Part shown: positions 44,082 to 53,606 of the stretch, one piece after another
Layout: each line of letters begins with the position of its first letter
Numbering within the stretch: the stretch's first letter is position 1
Virus record (IMG/VR): IMGVR_UViG_3300003320_000379
Span: 1 to 58,670 of that record
Source of the DNA: a virus
Length of the DNA stretch: 58,670 nt
Direction: 5' to 3' (one strand)
Notes under the pieces: generated by a model
What the model saw: the letters and a program-made list of their open reading frames with translations, nothing else
Database searches by the model: none
What the model was told of the DNA's origin: nothing
Made by a program: the position numbers and the translations under genes

Positions 44082-44450
44082 TCAGGCGGCGCGCTGGTTC
44101 GGGGACTGCGGCGGCGCCGTCCGGAGCGCAGTCACCGGCGCCACCACCTGGGTGCGCGTGTATCCGGCCGCGATCAGCGTCAGGAAGGCGGCCAGCGCCG
44201 CCTGCTGCGCGTCCGTCATGGTGATGCCGAACCCGGCCGCCAGCTGAATGATCGCGTTGCCGGAGCCCACCAGGAAGGCCAGCCCCTTCTCCGCGCTCAC
44301 CAGGAACGCGGTCACGAGCGCCGCGACGAACGCCAGCGCGCCGTTGATGGCCGCCGCGACCGGCTGGCTCATGTCCGTGATGAAGGGCAGCACGAACTGG
44401 ATCAGGGCAGCGACTGCCGCCGGAATCCAAGCCGCTTCACGTACCTGCAT
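44082..44450 (-). CDS. multi-pass membrane protein, holin candidate (122 aa)
   Basis: 3-4 hydrophobic helices (AAWIPAAVAALIQFVLPFI, AAAINGALAFVAALVTAFLV, LAFLVGSGNAIIQLAAGFGI, AALAAFLTLIAAGY); last gene of the late series. Confidence 0.45.
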   Translation of the reverse strand: MQVREAAWIPAAVAALIQFVLPFITDMSQPVAAAINGALAFVAALVTAFLVSAEKGLAFLVGSGNAIIQLAAGFGITMTDAQQAALAAFLTLIAAGYTRTQVVAPVTALRTAPPQSPNQRAA

Positions 44451-44453
44451 TGA

Positions 44454-45311
44454 TCAACCTCCCGTGGTCTCCGTCGGCGTGTCCGGCGGGGTCGTGGTCG
44501 CTACCGGCGGCGGCACCACGGAGGTAATGCAGCCGTACAGCGTGTAGCGGGTGCCGTCCTGGGCCACCAAGTCCTTGGCCTGGTTGAAGTTCTGGCCGTA
44601 GTTGGCGCACAGCTGGGACGGCAGGAAGTCCGGGTGCGCCTGCACGTAGGCCACCCACGCGTCCTGAATCTCCTGCTCCGTCGGCGGGCGCCCCGGCTGG
44701 CCGTCGGCGCCGTTCTTCCCGTTCTCGCCCGGCTGCCCGTTCTCGCCGGGCAGGCCCTGCGGTCCGGTCGGACCCGGCGGCGGCGGGTTCTCCTGCAGGT
44801 AGCTCGCCACCACGGCGGACACCTGCGCGACCGGCACCGACGGCGGGTTCAGCAGCTGATCGGCGGCCAGCTTCTGGGCCACCTGCTCCGCGCTGGGCAC
44901 CGGCGGCAGCTGGGCGAGGACACGCGCAGCGGAGGCGGCCACGATCGTGCTGGTCGGGTCCGCGTCCGTCGGCGGCGGCACGGGGACCGGGGTCTGGCCG
45001 CGCGCGGTCAGCTGGCTGTTGGCGGCGGCGGCGGCCTGGTACGCCTTCTCCGCCAGCTCCCGAGAGCTGGCCACGTCGCTGCCCAGCGCGGTGGTGCGGC
45101 TCTCCTGGCGGGCCACCTGGCCCAGCGCGAGGACGCTCACGCCGATGGACAGCGCTGAGCCCAGCAGGGCGCCGACCAGCGCGACGATCGCGGCGATCCG
45201 GATAACCTCGCGCTTGGACGGCTTGCCGTCGATCCGGTGGCCCAGGTCACCCTCTGCCGCGTCTACGGCCCGCAGGCCGATCTCCAGCTGTCGCTGCTCC
45301 GGCTCACTCAT
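44454..45311 (-). CDS. membrane-anchored protein with a collagen-like Gly-X-Y segment (285 aa)
   Basis: TM IRIAAIVALVGALLGSALSIGVSVLAL; ten Gly-X-Y triplets GPTGPQGLPGENGQPGENGKNGADGQPGRP (nt 44685-44774). Confidence 0.6.
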   Translation of the reverse strand: MSEPEQRQLEIGLRAVDAAEGDLGHRIDGKPSKREVIRIAAIVALVGALLGSALSIGVSVLALGQVARQESRTTALGSDVASSRELAEKAYQAAAAANSQLTARGQTPVPVPPPTDADPTSTIVAASAARVLAQLPPVPSAEQVAQKLAADQLLNPPSVPVAQVSAVVASYLQENPPPPGPTGPQGLPGENGQPGENGKNGADGQPGRPPTEQEIQDAWVAYVQAHPDFLPSQLCANYGQNFNQAKDLVAQDGTRYTLYGCITSVVPPPVATTTPPDTPTETTGG

Positions 45312-45726
45312 GGCGGTTCCGTTCGATGCACGCTTCGTACCGGCGCTGAAGGTCGTTGTGCCGTTCCTGCAGCGCGGCCATCTGCGCCTCCAACACGGCC
45401 TTGTCCCGGGCGCAGGCTGCCAGCTCTCGCGCCAATTCCCTGGCCTCCTCTTCCGCCCGGTCCGCGTCCGCCTTGTGTGCCGCTGCCTGAGTCGCCAGGA
45501 CGCCCATGCTGTCCTTGACGAGGTCTAGTGCGTTTGCACCAGCGGGCAGGCTCACTGTAGCGGGCGCGGTCTCCAGCCGGGGGGATTCCTGGGGCCCATC
45601 GTCGTCGTCATCGTCCTTGGCCTCGCGCCGCAGGTAGGCCACGCCCAGGCCGCCCACCACCACCAGCAGCACCACCACGATGATCACCCAACCCGGCTGG
45701 CCTTCCAGGTTGGGCAACTCCAGCAC
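45304..45726 (-). CDS. membrane-anchored coiled-coil protein (140 aa)
   Basis: TM WVIIVVVLLVVVGGLGVAY, an Asp run, then a heptad-like C-terminus (…ELARELAACARDKAVLEAQMAALQERHNDLQRRYEA). Confidence 0.55.
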   Translation of the reverse strand: MLELPNLEGQPGWVIIVVVLLVVVGGLGVAYLRREAKDDDDDDGPQESPRLETAPATVSLPAGANALDLVKDSMGVLATQAAAHKADADRAEEEARELARELAACARDKAVLEAQMAALQERHNDLQRRYEACIERNRHE

Positions 45727-45770
45727 GGGTGACTCCAGAGGGTGAGGTGGGACGCGACTCCCTGCAGTGT

Positions 45771-45797
45771 TACATACCCCCCGGGATGGGGGCGAAC
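45771..45797 (-). promoter_or_regulatory. degenerate module copy inside the late region
   Basis: minus strand GTTCGCCCCCATCCCGGGGGGTATGTA; 44 nt upstream of GTG 45726. Confidence 0.3.
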
Positions 45798-45813
45798 GAG
45801 CGCCCGGAGCAAA

Positions 45814-46671
45814 TCAGCTGTCGCCGTAGGAATAGCAGTGCACCGGCGTCAGAATGCACCACTCCGCCGTTCCAGCCGTCACCTGCGCCTCCACGATGAT
45901 GTGCACCGTGCGGCCCACCTTGTCCTGACCGGCGAAGTCGATATCCCACGTCTTGTCGATCGACTGGCCCGCGTTGACCACCTGCCAGCTGGACGTGTAA
46001 TCCGGCTGGTTGTCGAAAAACAGTGCACGGAAACGGAACTGGAAGGTGGCGCCCCCGCTGCTCCAGCCGTTCAAGAACACCTTCAGCTTGTGGCCCGTCA
46101 TCGGGCCGTAACCCTTGAAGTAGTTGTTGACCCCGCCACTCACCACGCCCGGCCCAATCGGCACGTTCTTGATCGTGGTACCGCTGTCGGTGCGCACGGC
46201 CTGGAACGCCTGGTTGGACGGATACAAGGGGATCTGTCCCCACGGCCACGCCAGGCCGCCACTGCGCGCCTCGCTCATCACCTGCTTATTGTCGGCGTCG
46301 CGCATGAACACGCGCTGCCGCAACGGGTCGGAGCCGGTCCGCGATTCGCCCTGTGGGTCGAACATGTAGAACGCCCACCCGTGCGTCGGGTCGTCACGGG
46401 TAAGGGCGAAGCCGCGCTGCGGTTTGTTCTTGCTGCCGTCCTTCGGGTTAAACTCGCCGATCCACAGTAGACTGTCGGCGATTCCCCCGCTCCCAGCGTA
46501 GTTGCCTCGCCAGACCATCAAGCCGCCATCGATCTTGGCGTTGTACAACGGGTTCGCGCGCAGCTGGGCTTCCGCGATGCGCGCGGTTTCCGCGATGGCG
46601 TCCACTAGGTTGGGGCTGCGCGGAGTCAGCGCGGTGGTGGCCAGCTGAGCGTACGGGTCAATGTCGGCCAT
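45814..46671 (-). CDS. minor tail protein (285 aa)
   Basis: Track ORF, last of the tail-tip gene run; no enzymatic motif seen. Confidence 0.55.
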   Translation of the reverse strand: MADIDPYAQLATTALTPRSPNLVDAIAETARIAEAQLRANPLYNAKIDGGLMVWRGNYAGSGGIADSLLWIGEFNPKDGSKNKPQRGFALTRDDPTHGWAFYMFDPQGESRTGSDPLRQRVFMRDADNKQVMSEARSGGLAWPWGQIPLYPSNQAFQAVRTDSGTTIKNVPIGPGVVSGGVNNYFKGYGPMTGHKLKVFLNGWSSGGATFQFRFRALFFDNQPDYTSSWQVVNAGQSIDKTWDIDFAGQDKVGRTVHIIVEAQVTAGTAEWCILTPVHCYSYGDS

Positions 46672-46674
46672 GGG

Positions 46675-48006
46675 TCACGCCACCTCATCCCGGCCCGCCG
46701 TCAGGATTTCCACGGTCTCGCTCTGGTCGCCCTCCGGCGGAGTGACGCGGTAGCCCATGATCCGCGTGATGTACGTGGCGCCCCGGGAGCCGTCCGGCTG
46801 GTCGGGCCACGTCCAGTCGTCGGTGTCCACCAGGCAGTCGTCCCCGATGGTGTAGGTGTCGAAGTAGGGGAAGAGATCTCCGCGTACTGTAAGGGATTCC
46901 AGGTACTGCTCATTCGCGTACGACTGGATCAGGCGCGCGTTTGTCTGGTCCTGCAACGTACTCTGCACGCTCACGTCCGGGTTGCTGAACCGTGCTTCCG
47001 TCATCAGAAAGCCGTAGGTCCAGTCCATTGGGTACTTAGCGAGCACGCGCAGCGCGTCGTCATCGAACCCGGACCCGGTGCCCCACACCACATTGGAGAC
47101 GTTCTGGGAGTTGTACGCTGGCTTGATCGTGCGCACGTTTCCTCGCCCGTCGGTGCGATAGGTGAAGGTCGGCACGTTCTGGCCGCCAGAGTAAGAGCGT
47201 CCCAGGCGGGGGTACCCGGCGACGTATTGGACGCGGAAGCTGCCCGCGTTGTACGCGTCGTTGCCGGTGAGCACGCGGTGGCTGGTGTACCACTCATACC
47301 CGTTGATGATCTTGGATCGATCCTGATGTGCCTGCAGCAAAGAGGTTTCGCTGCCACGCTTGTATGACATGTCCCGCAGCACGCCGGAGTTACCGCTGGG
47401 CCCCTCTACCGTGATCCACGCGGGAAACTGCCCCGCGATGTTGCCAAGCTGGCTCCAGACCGCCGGGTTGAGCAGGTCCCGCACGATCTGGAACTGATCA
47501 ACCTGCGTCCAGCTCACGCCCGGGTAGAGATTGCCGGATGCGTCGCGCTGGCCCAGCGGCGGCGGGCCGGTGATCAGCCGCCGCGCCCACAGGCTCTCCA
47601 CGGTCTGGAACACCAGGTTCATCCGCCCGGTCTCCGGGTCCACTGGCGCCTGCCACAGGATGCCGCCGAAGGGGATCGTGTGCTCTCGGTAGCCGTCGTC
47701 CCGGGTCACCGTGCGCACCACCATGATGCCCGTCTTCCGGGGAACGCACTTCTCCCACGGGTTCATGGCGCGGATCTCCGGCTCCGCCAGCTGTAGCGAA
47801 GCGCGCAGCTCGCCGACGCCCCGCATGAGCACGGAGAACTGGACGCCCGACAGCGGCAGCGGGACGTTGGAGATCACCGTGGGGTCGCCGTTGAGATAGA
47901 ACACCGGCCAGTAGCTGTAGGAGACGTTCTGGGGCTCCTCCGGCCCGGCGCCCGCGACGTCGCGCAGGAAGAGAGCTTCCTTCCCCATGAGCATCGCTTG
48001 TGTCAT
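46675..48006 (-). CDS. minor tail protein (443 aa)
   Basis: ATGA overlap with 48003..49058 (MTQAMLMGKEALFL...); the first 97 codons of the track ORF are an out-of-frame overlap. Confidence 0.6.
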   Translation of the reverse strand: MTQAMLMGKEALFLRDVAGAGPEEPQNVSYSYWPVFYLNGDPTVISNVPLPLSGVQFSVLMRGVGELRASLQLAEPEIRAMNPWEKCVPRKTGIMVVRTVTRDDGYREHTIPFGGILWQAPVDPETGRMNLVFQTVESLWARRLITGPPPLGQRDASGNLYPGVSWTQVDQFQIVRDLLNPAVWSQLGNIAGQFPAWITVEGPSGNSGVLRDMSYKRGSETSLLQAHQDRSKIINGYEWYTSHRVLTGNDAYNAGSFRVQYVAGYPRLGRSYSGGQNVPTFTYRTDGRGNVRTIKPAYNSQNVSNVVWGTGSGFDDDALRVLAKYPMDWTYGFLMTEARFSNPDVSVQSTLQDQTNARLIQSYANEQYLESLTVRGDLFPYFDTYTIGDDCLVDTDDWTWPDQPDGSRGATYITRIMGYRVTPPEGDQSETVEILTAGRDEVA

Positions 48007-49058
48007 ACGGGAACCACCAGGCAGGAGACCAGGGACAAGTTGGAAACACTCATGCCCTGGGTGGCTGCACCGAATTTTCGCTGTGCCCACAGGGAAATCG
48101 TCTGTCCACCGGAGCAGTCGAAACCGGTCCGGCCCGTGATCGGAACGGAGTTGGTGCCGGTGAACGAGTTGTCCGGGTCGCGCGTCTCCCAGGCGCCAAT
48201 GCCACCCATCGGCGTGCCCGCGTTGGACGTGCCTTGGCGCGTAACGAAGTTCCAGCCGTTCTGCCCGTCGAACCCGGCGTGCACGGCACCCGACCACACG
48301 AGCCGGTACGGGTAGCCCGGGTCCGCCATGATCAGGGTGGCGATGATCCGGTCAGCCGTGGACGAGGTGATCACCCAGCTGCCCATGTCCAGCGCGTAGG
48401 TGGTTAGGCCGTGCCACTGGCCATCCTGTCCCCAGACCACCTCACGGATCGGCATTCCACCGCTGGCGGGCAGGAACCGCTTCTCCCCGTAGTAGACACC
48501 GGCGTCGGCCACCTGGCCCGGGAAGGGCCAGTACGCGGCGCCCAGCGCGCTCGTGCGCTTGCGGCGGTCGACCACGGTGGGGCTCGTGGCGTTGGCGTTG
48601 ACCGTCAGTTCGTACATCGTCATGTACCCGTTGGGCACCGGCGGCACGGCTGGCGTCCCCGCCACAGCGGTGCCCTGGATCACGACCACGTCCACGTCGT
48701 TGTCGGTGCCGGAGTAGAACGCGTCCCGCACGCGCACGCCGATCACGTCGATCCGGTTCAGCGTGGTGGACGAGTTGGCCAGGGTGCGCGTCTCCGGGGT
48801 GATGGACGTCCCGATGTAGTCACCGGCCGCCGACGCGTTGTTGTTCTCGACCACGCACCGGAACGGCGAGATCGTCACGTTCATGCCGGACACGGTGATG
48901 CTGCCGGACCAGGCATCCGGGCCGGGCAGGATGCCGCTCCGGCAGCGCGAGGGGTCGCCGCCCTTCGGCTGGAAGATGTGGTTTACCGAGTACTGCCGGT
49001 CCAGCGCGGCGGAGTAGCTGCCTGCCTGCAGGTAGCCCGGCGGTGTCATCATGGCCAT
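48003..49058 (-). CDS. minor tail protein (351 aa)
   Basis: Track ORF; GGAGG RBS; downstream of the distal tail protein. Confidence 0.6.
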   Translation of the reverse strand: MAMMTPPGYLQAGSYSAALDRQYSVNHIFQPKGGDPSRCRSGILPGPDAWSGSITVSGMNVTISPFRCVVENNNASAAGDYIGTSITPETRTLANSSTTLNRIDVIGVRVRDAFYSGTDNDVDVVVIQGTAVAGTPAVPPVPNGYMTMYELTVNANATSPTVVDRRKRTSALGAAYWPFPGQVADAGVYYGEKRFLPASGGMPIREVVWGQDGQWHGLTTYALDMGSWVITSSTADRIIATLIMADPGYPYRLVWSGAVHAGFDGQNGWNFVTRQGTSNAGTPMGGIGAWETRDPDNSFTGTNSVPITGRTGFDCSGGQTISLWAQRKFGAATQGMSVSNLSLVSCLVVPV

Positions 49059-49064
49059 GTCGGT

Positions 49065-49988
49065 CTACCTCCAGGTGGGGCGCCACGTGGCGCAGAGCTG
49101 TGCATTGACGTCGAACGCGCCGGACGTTGCGCGCCAACGGATCGTATTGTCCCCGGGGTGGATCGCGAACGGGCGGCCCGCGATCCGGTACGTGGACGGG
49201 GTGATGATGCCGGTTCGCGCGTCGATCGTGACTGTCTGCCCGGCCGCGATGGTGGACGTCACCACGAAGCCTTCGCCGGTGATCTCGTTCGTGATCACCG
49301 GGAAGTCCACGGGGCCGGTGATCGTGTAGATCGGCCAGGCGTCGATATCCCCGATGTTGGTGGCGTTCAGGTAGCCGCCCGGGTTGGTGAACGCGCCGTA
49401 GTTGAAGTTGAACGTTTTGTTGTACGTGCGCCCGCTGATCGACCCGGCGGGCAGCCCGGCACATGCCTGCTGCGCGCCGCCCACGCCCAGCTTCCACGGC
49501 GGGTTCGCGGCCACCAGCGAGAAGCTGAACTCCGTCGCCACCCCGCCGCGCTGGTCGCCCATCACCGGCGTGGCCTTGAACGAGCCCTGAGCGCGGCACA
49601 CCATGCCCATCCGGACGCCCACGCCGAAGTCGTGCTGTTCCCACACCACGGTCGTCCTGGGGCCCAGCAGGCGCCGGATCTGCGCGATCCGCTGGCGGAG
49701 CACGGCCGCGTTCGGCGCGACCATGGCGCCCTTGATCGGCAGCACGCGCGGAGCGACCGACTGCGGGCCGGACATGCCGCCGTCCCGGCCGCCCGCCTGG
49801 TCGATCGGGGTAATGAAGTCGATCCCCTCCCAGCCTTCCGGCTCCGCTGCCACGATGTGCGTACCGTCGTCCAGCGTGGTGTTGAACCACACGTCGTCCA
49901 TGTCGCCCACCAGATCGGGCCCCATGCGGTACATGCCTTCCAACGGCACCGTGGGCAGGTGCGCGTAGATGTTGAGCGCCGCCGTCAT
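49065..49988 (-). CDS. distal tail protein (Dit-like) (307 aa)
   Basis: ATGA overlap with the tape measure stop, the conserved position of Dit in siphoviruses. Confidence 0.6.
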   Translation of the reverse strand: MTAALNIYAHLPTVPLEGMYRMGPDLVGDMDDVWFNTTLDDGTHIVAAEPEGWEGIDFITPIDQAGGRDGGMSGPQSVAPRVLPIKGAMVAPNAAVLRQRIAQIRRLLGPRTTVVWEQHDFGVGVRMGMVCRAQGSFKATPVMGDQRGGVATEFSFSLVAANPPWKLGVGGAQQACAGLPAGSISGRTYNKTFNFNYGAFTNPGGYLNATNIGDIDAWPIYTITGPVDFPVITNEITGEGFVVTSTIAAGQTVTIDARTGIITPSTYRIAGRPFAIHPGDNTIRWRATSGAFDVNAQLCATWRPTWR

Positions 49989-52768
49989 ACCGAGACCCCC
50001 GCGATCAGCCCGTCGTTGACTCCGACCTGGACGCCCTGGCGCTGCACCGGCAGGCTGCTGGCTCCGGCCGCGAGATCGGTTCCACCGCGCCGCAGCACTT
50101 CGTCCGCGAACTGCCGGACGTCGGTCCCCGGCAGCATGAAGTTGTTCTGCGTGATCGACGCCGGGGAGACGGTGCTGCCGCCGCCGGTGGTGGCCTGCAC
50201 CGCGTTGGCGTCGGGGATGTTCAGGCGGACGCCGTTGGTGACGGTATCCGCCAGCGACAGGGCCGCCTTGCTCACGCTGGGGGTGATCTGCTCCATGCCC
50301 TTGATCAGGCCCTGGCCGACGAACACGCCGATCTTGGCCATTTCCTTGGACGGCGAGGAGATGCCCAGGGCGCCCTTGATGCCGCCCAGGATCTTCTTGC
50401 CCACGTCCACCACGGAGCTGATCACGGAGCTGATCATGGAGCTAATGCCCTTGATCAGGCCGCGCAGTAGGTCGGCGCCCGCGTTGAACAGCAGGCTGGC
50501 GAAGTCGCCGATGGCGCCTAGGATCTTGCCCGGCAGACCGGACACAAAGGACACTGCCGACGACACGCCCGACGACACCGCGTTCACGATGTTGTTAAAC
50601 GCGGTGCGCACGGCGTTCACCGCGTTATTGAATCCGGTCGTGATGAAGTTCTTCACGTTGTTCACCGCATTTGAAATCGATCCGGTGATCGATCCCCAGA
50701 CATTTGTCACTGCGGTAAGCAAACCGGAGAAGATTGTGGTCACGGTGTTTACCACACCGGAAATGATGGTGAGCACGAAATTCATCGTGCTGCCCACAAT
50801 TGTGTTCAGCGTGCCGAACGCATTAAACAGCGGCGTCAGCGCATTTGCGATAAACGCGATAAACGTAGCCGCCAGCTGGACCACCAGCGCGATGATCGGC
50901 GCCAGGATCTGAATCAGGGTCACGATCGGCGGCAGCAGCGGGAGGAAAGCCTGCACGAGTGCCAGCACGGCCGTGACGAGCGGGCCGACGGCGGGCAGCA
51001 GCGCGCTGAAGATCTGGACGATCGCGTTACCCAGGGCGCCCGCGATCGGAGCGAGCGCGGCACCCAGCTGAGCGAAGGCGTCACTGATCACGGGCAGTAG
51101 CGGAGCCATCGCGTTGAGCACGTTCTGGATGAGCGTGGTGAACGGCGGCACGAGCGCCTGGACGATGGAGATCAGCGGCTGCAGCACCGCCAGCGCCAGC
51201 TGGATCAACGGCGGCAGCAGCGGGGCCACCGCCACAAGCACGTCACCGAACAGCTTCGCCAGCTGGCCGATCACCGGCACCAGCGGGGGGATCGCCTGGG
51301 CGAGCACGCCAGCGAAGACCTGCGCCACGTTCGCGATGATCGGGCCCAGGGTGGCCATCACCTGGCCCAGTGCGCCGCCCAGCACGGCGACCAGCTGGCC
51401 GACGGCGGGGAGCACGGGGGCCAGCGACTGGATCAGCGCGGCGAAGCCCTGCCCGAGTGCCGCGATCCCGGGCTGAGCGGCCTGCAGGGCGACGCCCAGC
51501 GCCTGAACGACCGGCAGCAGCGCGGGGCCGATCGTGGACGCCAGGTTCGCGATGATCGGCACGAGCGTGGTACCGACCACCTGGGCGAGCGCGAGGACCA
51601 CCGGCAGCACGGCGCTGATTACCTGCTGCATGGAGACGAAGAATGTGTTGATCGCCTGGCTGCCCGCCGCGCTGCTAGTGAAGTCGCGGATGGCGCCGGT
51701 GATCTGGATCAGGTTGTTCAGGAACCCGCCGCCGGAGTTGGTGCCCGCGTCCATCAAGTCCTTGATGATCCCGAAGACGTTCCCGGCCACCTCCCCCAGC
51801 TGCTTCAGGGTGTTGATGCCGGTCTGGATGAAGTCGGCCAGGGCGCCGGACTCGCGCGCGTTGCTCACGAACTGGGCGAACTTGTCGGTCACGGCGGAGA
51901 AACCGTTCGCCAGTCCTGGCAGGAACTGGGAGCCCACGGTGCCCACGTCGGTGAGTACCGACAGGATGGAGGTCAGCGAGGGCGCCAGCGCGGCCACGGT
52001 GCGCTGGACGTTCTGGAAGATCGTTCCGACGTCGGAGACGGTCTGGCTGCTCTGGAAGAACCGGCCGACGCCCACGGCGGCGGTGTTCAACTCGCCCGCA
52101 ATGCCCGTGAAGCCGCTGCGCAGGACCGGCAGGTACTTGGCGCCCAGGTCCCCGACCGTCTTCCCGAGGTTGCGGAAGAGCGCGTCCTGGGTGGCCAACT
52201 GCAGCCGGTCGAACTCGGGCTTGATCGCGGCCACGGACTTGACGAACTCGCGCGCGTTCGGGCTCAAGTCCTTCAGGGACTCCGCGAACTTCTGGGCGTC
52301 GCCGGACGCCAGCGCCTTGAAGCTGTCGCCGATCCCTTGCGTGGCCAGCTTGATCGTGGTGGACACGGCGAGGAACGCGGCGAACGCAGCCGGTAGCAGC
52401 GCGGCCGCGCCTGCCGCGTTCTGGATCACGCCGATCAGCTGGAAGACGCCGTTGGTCAACGCCGACACCCCGGCCAGCGCCACGCCTGCCTTGGCGCCCA
52501 GCAGCGCGATTCCGGCGCCGCCCTGCAGCAGCGCACCCAGCTTGCTGGCGAACCCCTGCCCCAGGCTCGTCAGGCGCCCGAAGAGGCCCGAGAAGCGGGA
52601 CTCCACCTTCTTGGTGGAGTTGTCGGCTTCCTTGTCCAGGTCCGGCAGCAGGCCGCCCCCAGCGGACGCTTCCTTGGCCGCCGCCTGGAACGCGCGTTTG
52701 ATGGAGGCGCCCAGGCGCGAACCCTCGACGGTCAGGCGTACCGATGCCTCACCGATGACGCGCGCCAC
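49985..52768 (-). CDS. tape measure protein (927 aa)
   Basis: Longest ORF after the chaperones; Ala/Gly/Leu-rich repetitive helical sequence; GGGAGGGG RBS. Confidence 0.85.
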   Translation of the reverse strand: MARVIGEASVRLTVEGSRLGASIKRAFQAAAKEASAGGGLLPDLDKEADNSTKKVESRFSGLFGRLTSLGQGFASKLGALLQGGAGIALLGAKAGVALAGVSALTNGVFQLIGVIQNAAGAAALLPAAFAAFLAVSTTIKLATQGIGDSFKALASGDAQKFAESLKDLSPNAREFVKSVAAIKPEFDRLQLATQDALFRNLGKTVGDLGAKYLPVLRSGFTGIAGELNTAAVGVGRFFQSSQTVSDVGTIFQNVQRTVAALAPSLTSILSVLTDVGTVGSQFLPGLANGFSAVTDKFAQFVSNARESGALADFIQTGINTLKQLGEVAGNVFGIIKDLMDAGTNSGGGFLNNLIQITGAIRDFTSSAAGSQAINTFFVSMQQVISAVLPVVLALAQVVGTTLVPIIANLASTIGPALLPVVQALGVALQAAQPGIAALGQGFAALIQSLAPVLPAVGQLVAVLGGALGQVMATLGPIIANVAQVFAGVLAQAIPPLVPVIGQLAKLFGDVLVAVAPLLPPLIQLALAVLQPLISIVQALVPPFTTLIQNVLNAMAPLLPVISDAFAQLGAALAPIAGALGNAIVQIFSALLPAVGPLVTAVLALVQAFLPLLPPIVTLIQILAPIIALVVQLAATFIAFIANALTPLFNAFGTLNTIVGSTMNFVLTIISGVVNTVTTIFSGLLTAVTNVWGSITGSISNAVNNVKNFITTGFNNAVNAVRTAFNNIVNAVSSGVSSAVSFVSGLPGKILGAIGDFASLLFNAGADLLRGLIKGISSMISSVISSVVDVGKKILGGIKGALGISSPSKEMAKIGVFVGQGLIKGMEQITPSVSKAALSLADTVTNGVRLNIPDANAVQATTGGGSTVSPASITQNNFMLPGTDVRQFADEVLRRGGTDLAAGASSLPVQRQGVQVGVNDGLIAGVSV
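50414..50449 (-). repeat. 3 x 12-nt in-frame tandem repeat inside the tape measure gene
   Basis: ggagctgatcac ggagctgatcat ggagctaatgcc, encoding ...ISSMISSVISSV... Confidence 0.8.
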
Positions 52769-52778
52769 GGGCCCCTCC

Positions 52779-53584
52779 CTAACTCGTCTTCCGGGGGACC
52801 CGCGTCCCCGTCAGCCTGTTCTGCATGGCTATCTGGTCGGGGTGCAGGCCCCAGGTGGCCCGGTCCGGCTTGACCATGCCCATCTTGATCACGATCTGGT
52901 CGTGAACCTTCCGCAGCTGTTCGTCTCCCGGGCTCTCCAGCAGGATGGCGTAGAGCGCGTCCAGAAAGCCAGCGGCCGACACCCGCGATTCGTCGATGCC
53001 CGCCAGGGCGAGCTTCCCGCCCACGTAATGCACGTAGGCGGGGTCCACCGCAAGGTCCCAGATCAGCCTTGCGGCGCCGTAGGGCGGCCGGTCGCCAGCT
53101 CGATCACGTATTCGGCCACGGACATGAGGTCTTCCAGGTCCACGATCGCGTCGTCGTTCTCCGTCATCAGGTGCAGCCAGCGACGCTTCGTGGTCCAGTT
53201 CGCCTGGTCCTCCCACTTCGCCAGCGTCGCGCTGTCGCTCACGGGGTAGATCGCGCCGTCGGGACCCCGGTAGTGGGGCTCCCACTCCGCCTCTTCGTCG
53301 GCGTCCAGGTCGACCGGCTTCGGCAGCTGCTCCAGCTTCCAGGACGCCTTCACCATGCCGTCGCGGTTGTCCATCTGCTTGGCCAGCATCCGCGTCATGG
53401 AGCCGATCAGGGCCGGGTCGCCCTTGCTTACGAGCACGAGCATGGACGACAGCTCCGCGCCGTCGCTGCGCACGGCCAGCGTGCCCTGGAACGAAGCCAC
53501 TTCGTCGTCGCCGTCGATGTACTTCAGCTCGAACGGCTCCCGGATCGCGGCCTTCGCCGTGGACTTGTTGCCGAACACCTTCAT
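52779..53584 (-). CDS. tail assembly chaperone, predicted -1 frameshift product (G-T type)
   Basis: The ORF at 52779..53285 has no start codon. It lies in the -1 frame relative to 53063..53584 and extends ~95 codons past that gene's stop, up to the tape measure RBS. The slip site was not identified. Confidence 0.45.
53063..53584 (-). CDS. tail assembly chaperone (173 aa)
   Basis: Lies immediately upstream of the tape measure gene; acidic; C-terminal ...VAEYVIELATGRPTAPQG typical of actinophage chaperones. Confidence 0.65.
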   Translation of the reverse strand: MKVFGNKSTAKAAIREPFELKYIDGDDEVASFQGTLAVRSDGAELSSMLVLVSKGDPALIGSMTRMLAKQMDNRDGMVKASWKLEQLPKPVDLDADEEAEWEPHYRGPDGAIYPVSDSATLAKWEDQANWTTKRRWLHLMTENDDAIVDLEDLMSVAEYVIELATGRPTAPQG

Positions 53585-53606
53585 GTTGTGCCCCTTCGGT
53601 TTGCGG

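Noticed and set aside
50414-50449. The tandem 12-nt repeat in the tape measure gene, and the 54-nt repeat in the tail fibre (34459..34599), as novel elements
   Set aside because: In-frame short tandem repeats are common in tape measure and fibre genes and are explained by their repetitive protein architecture. They are recorded as features but are not considered unusual.
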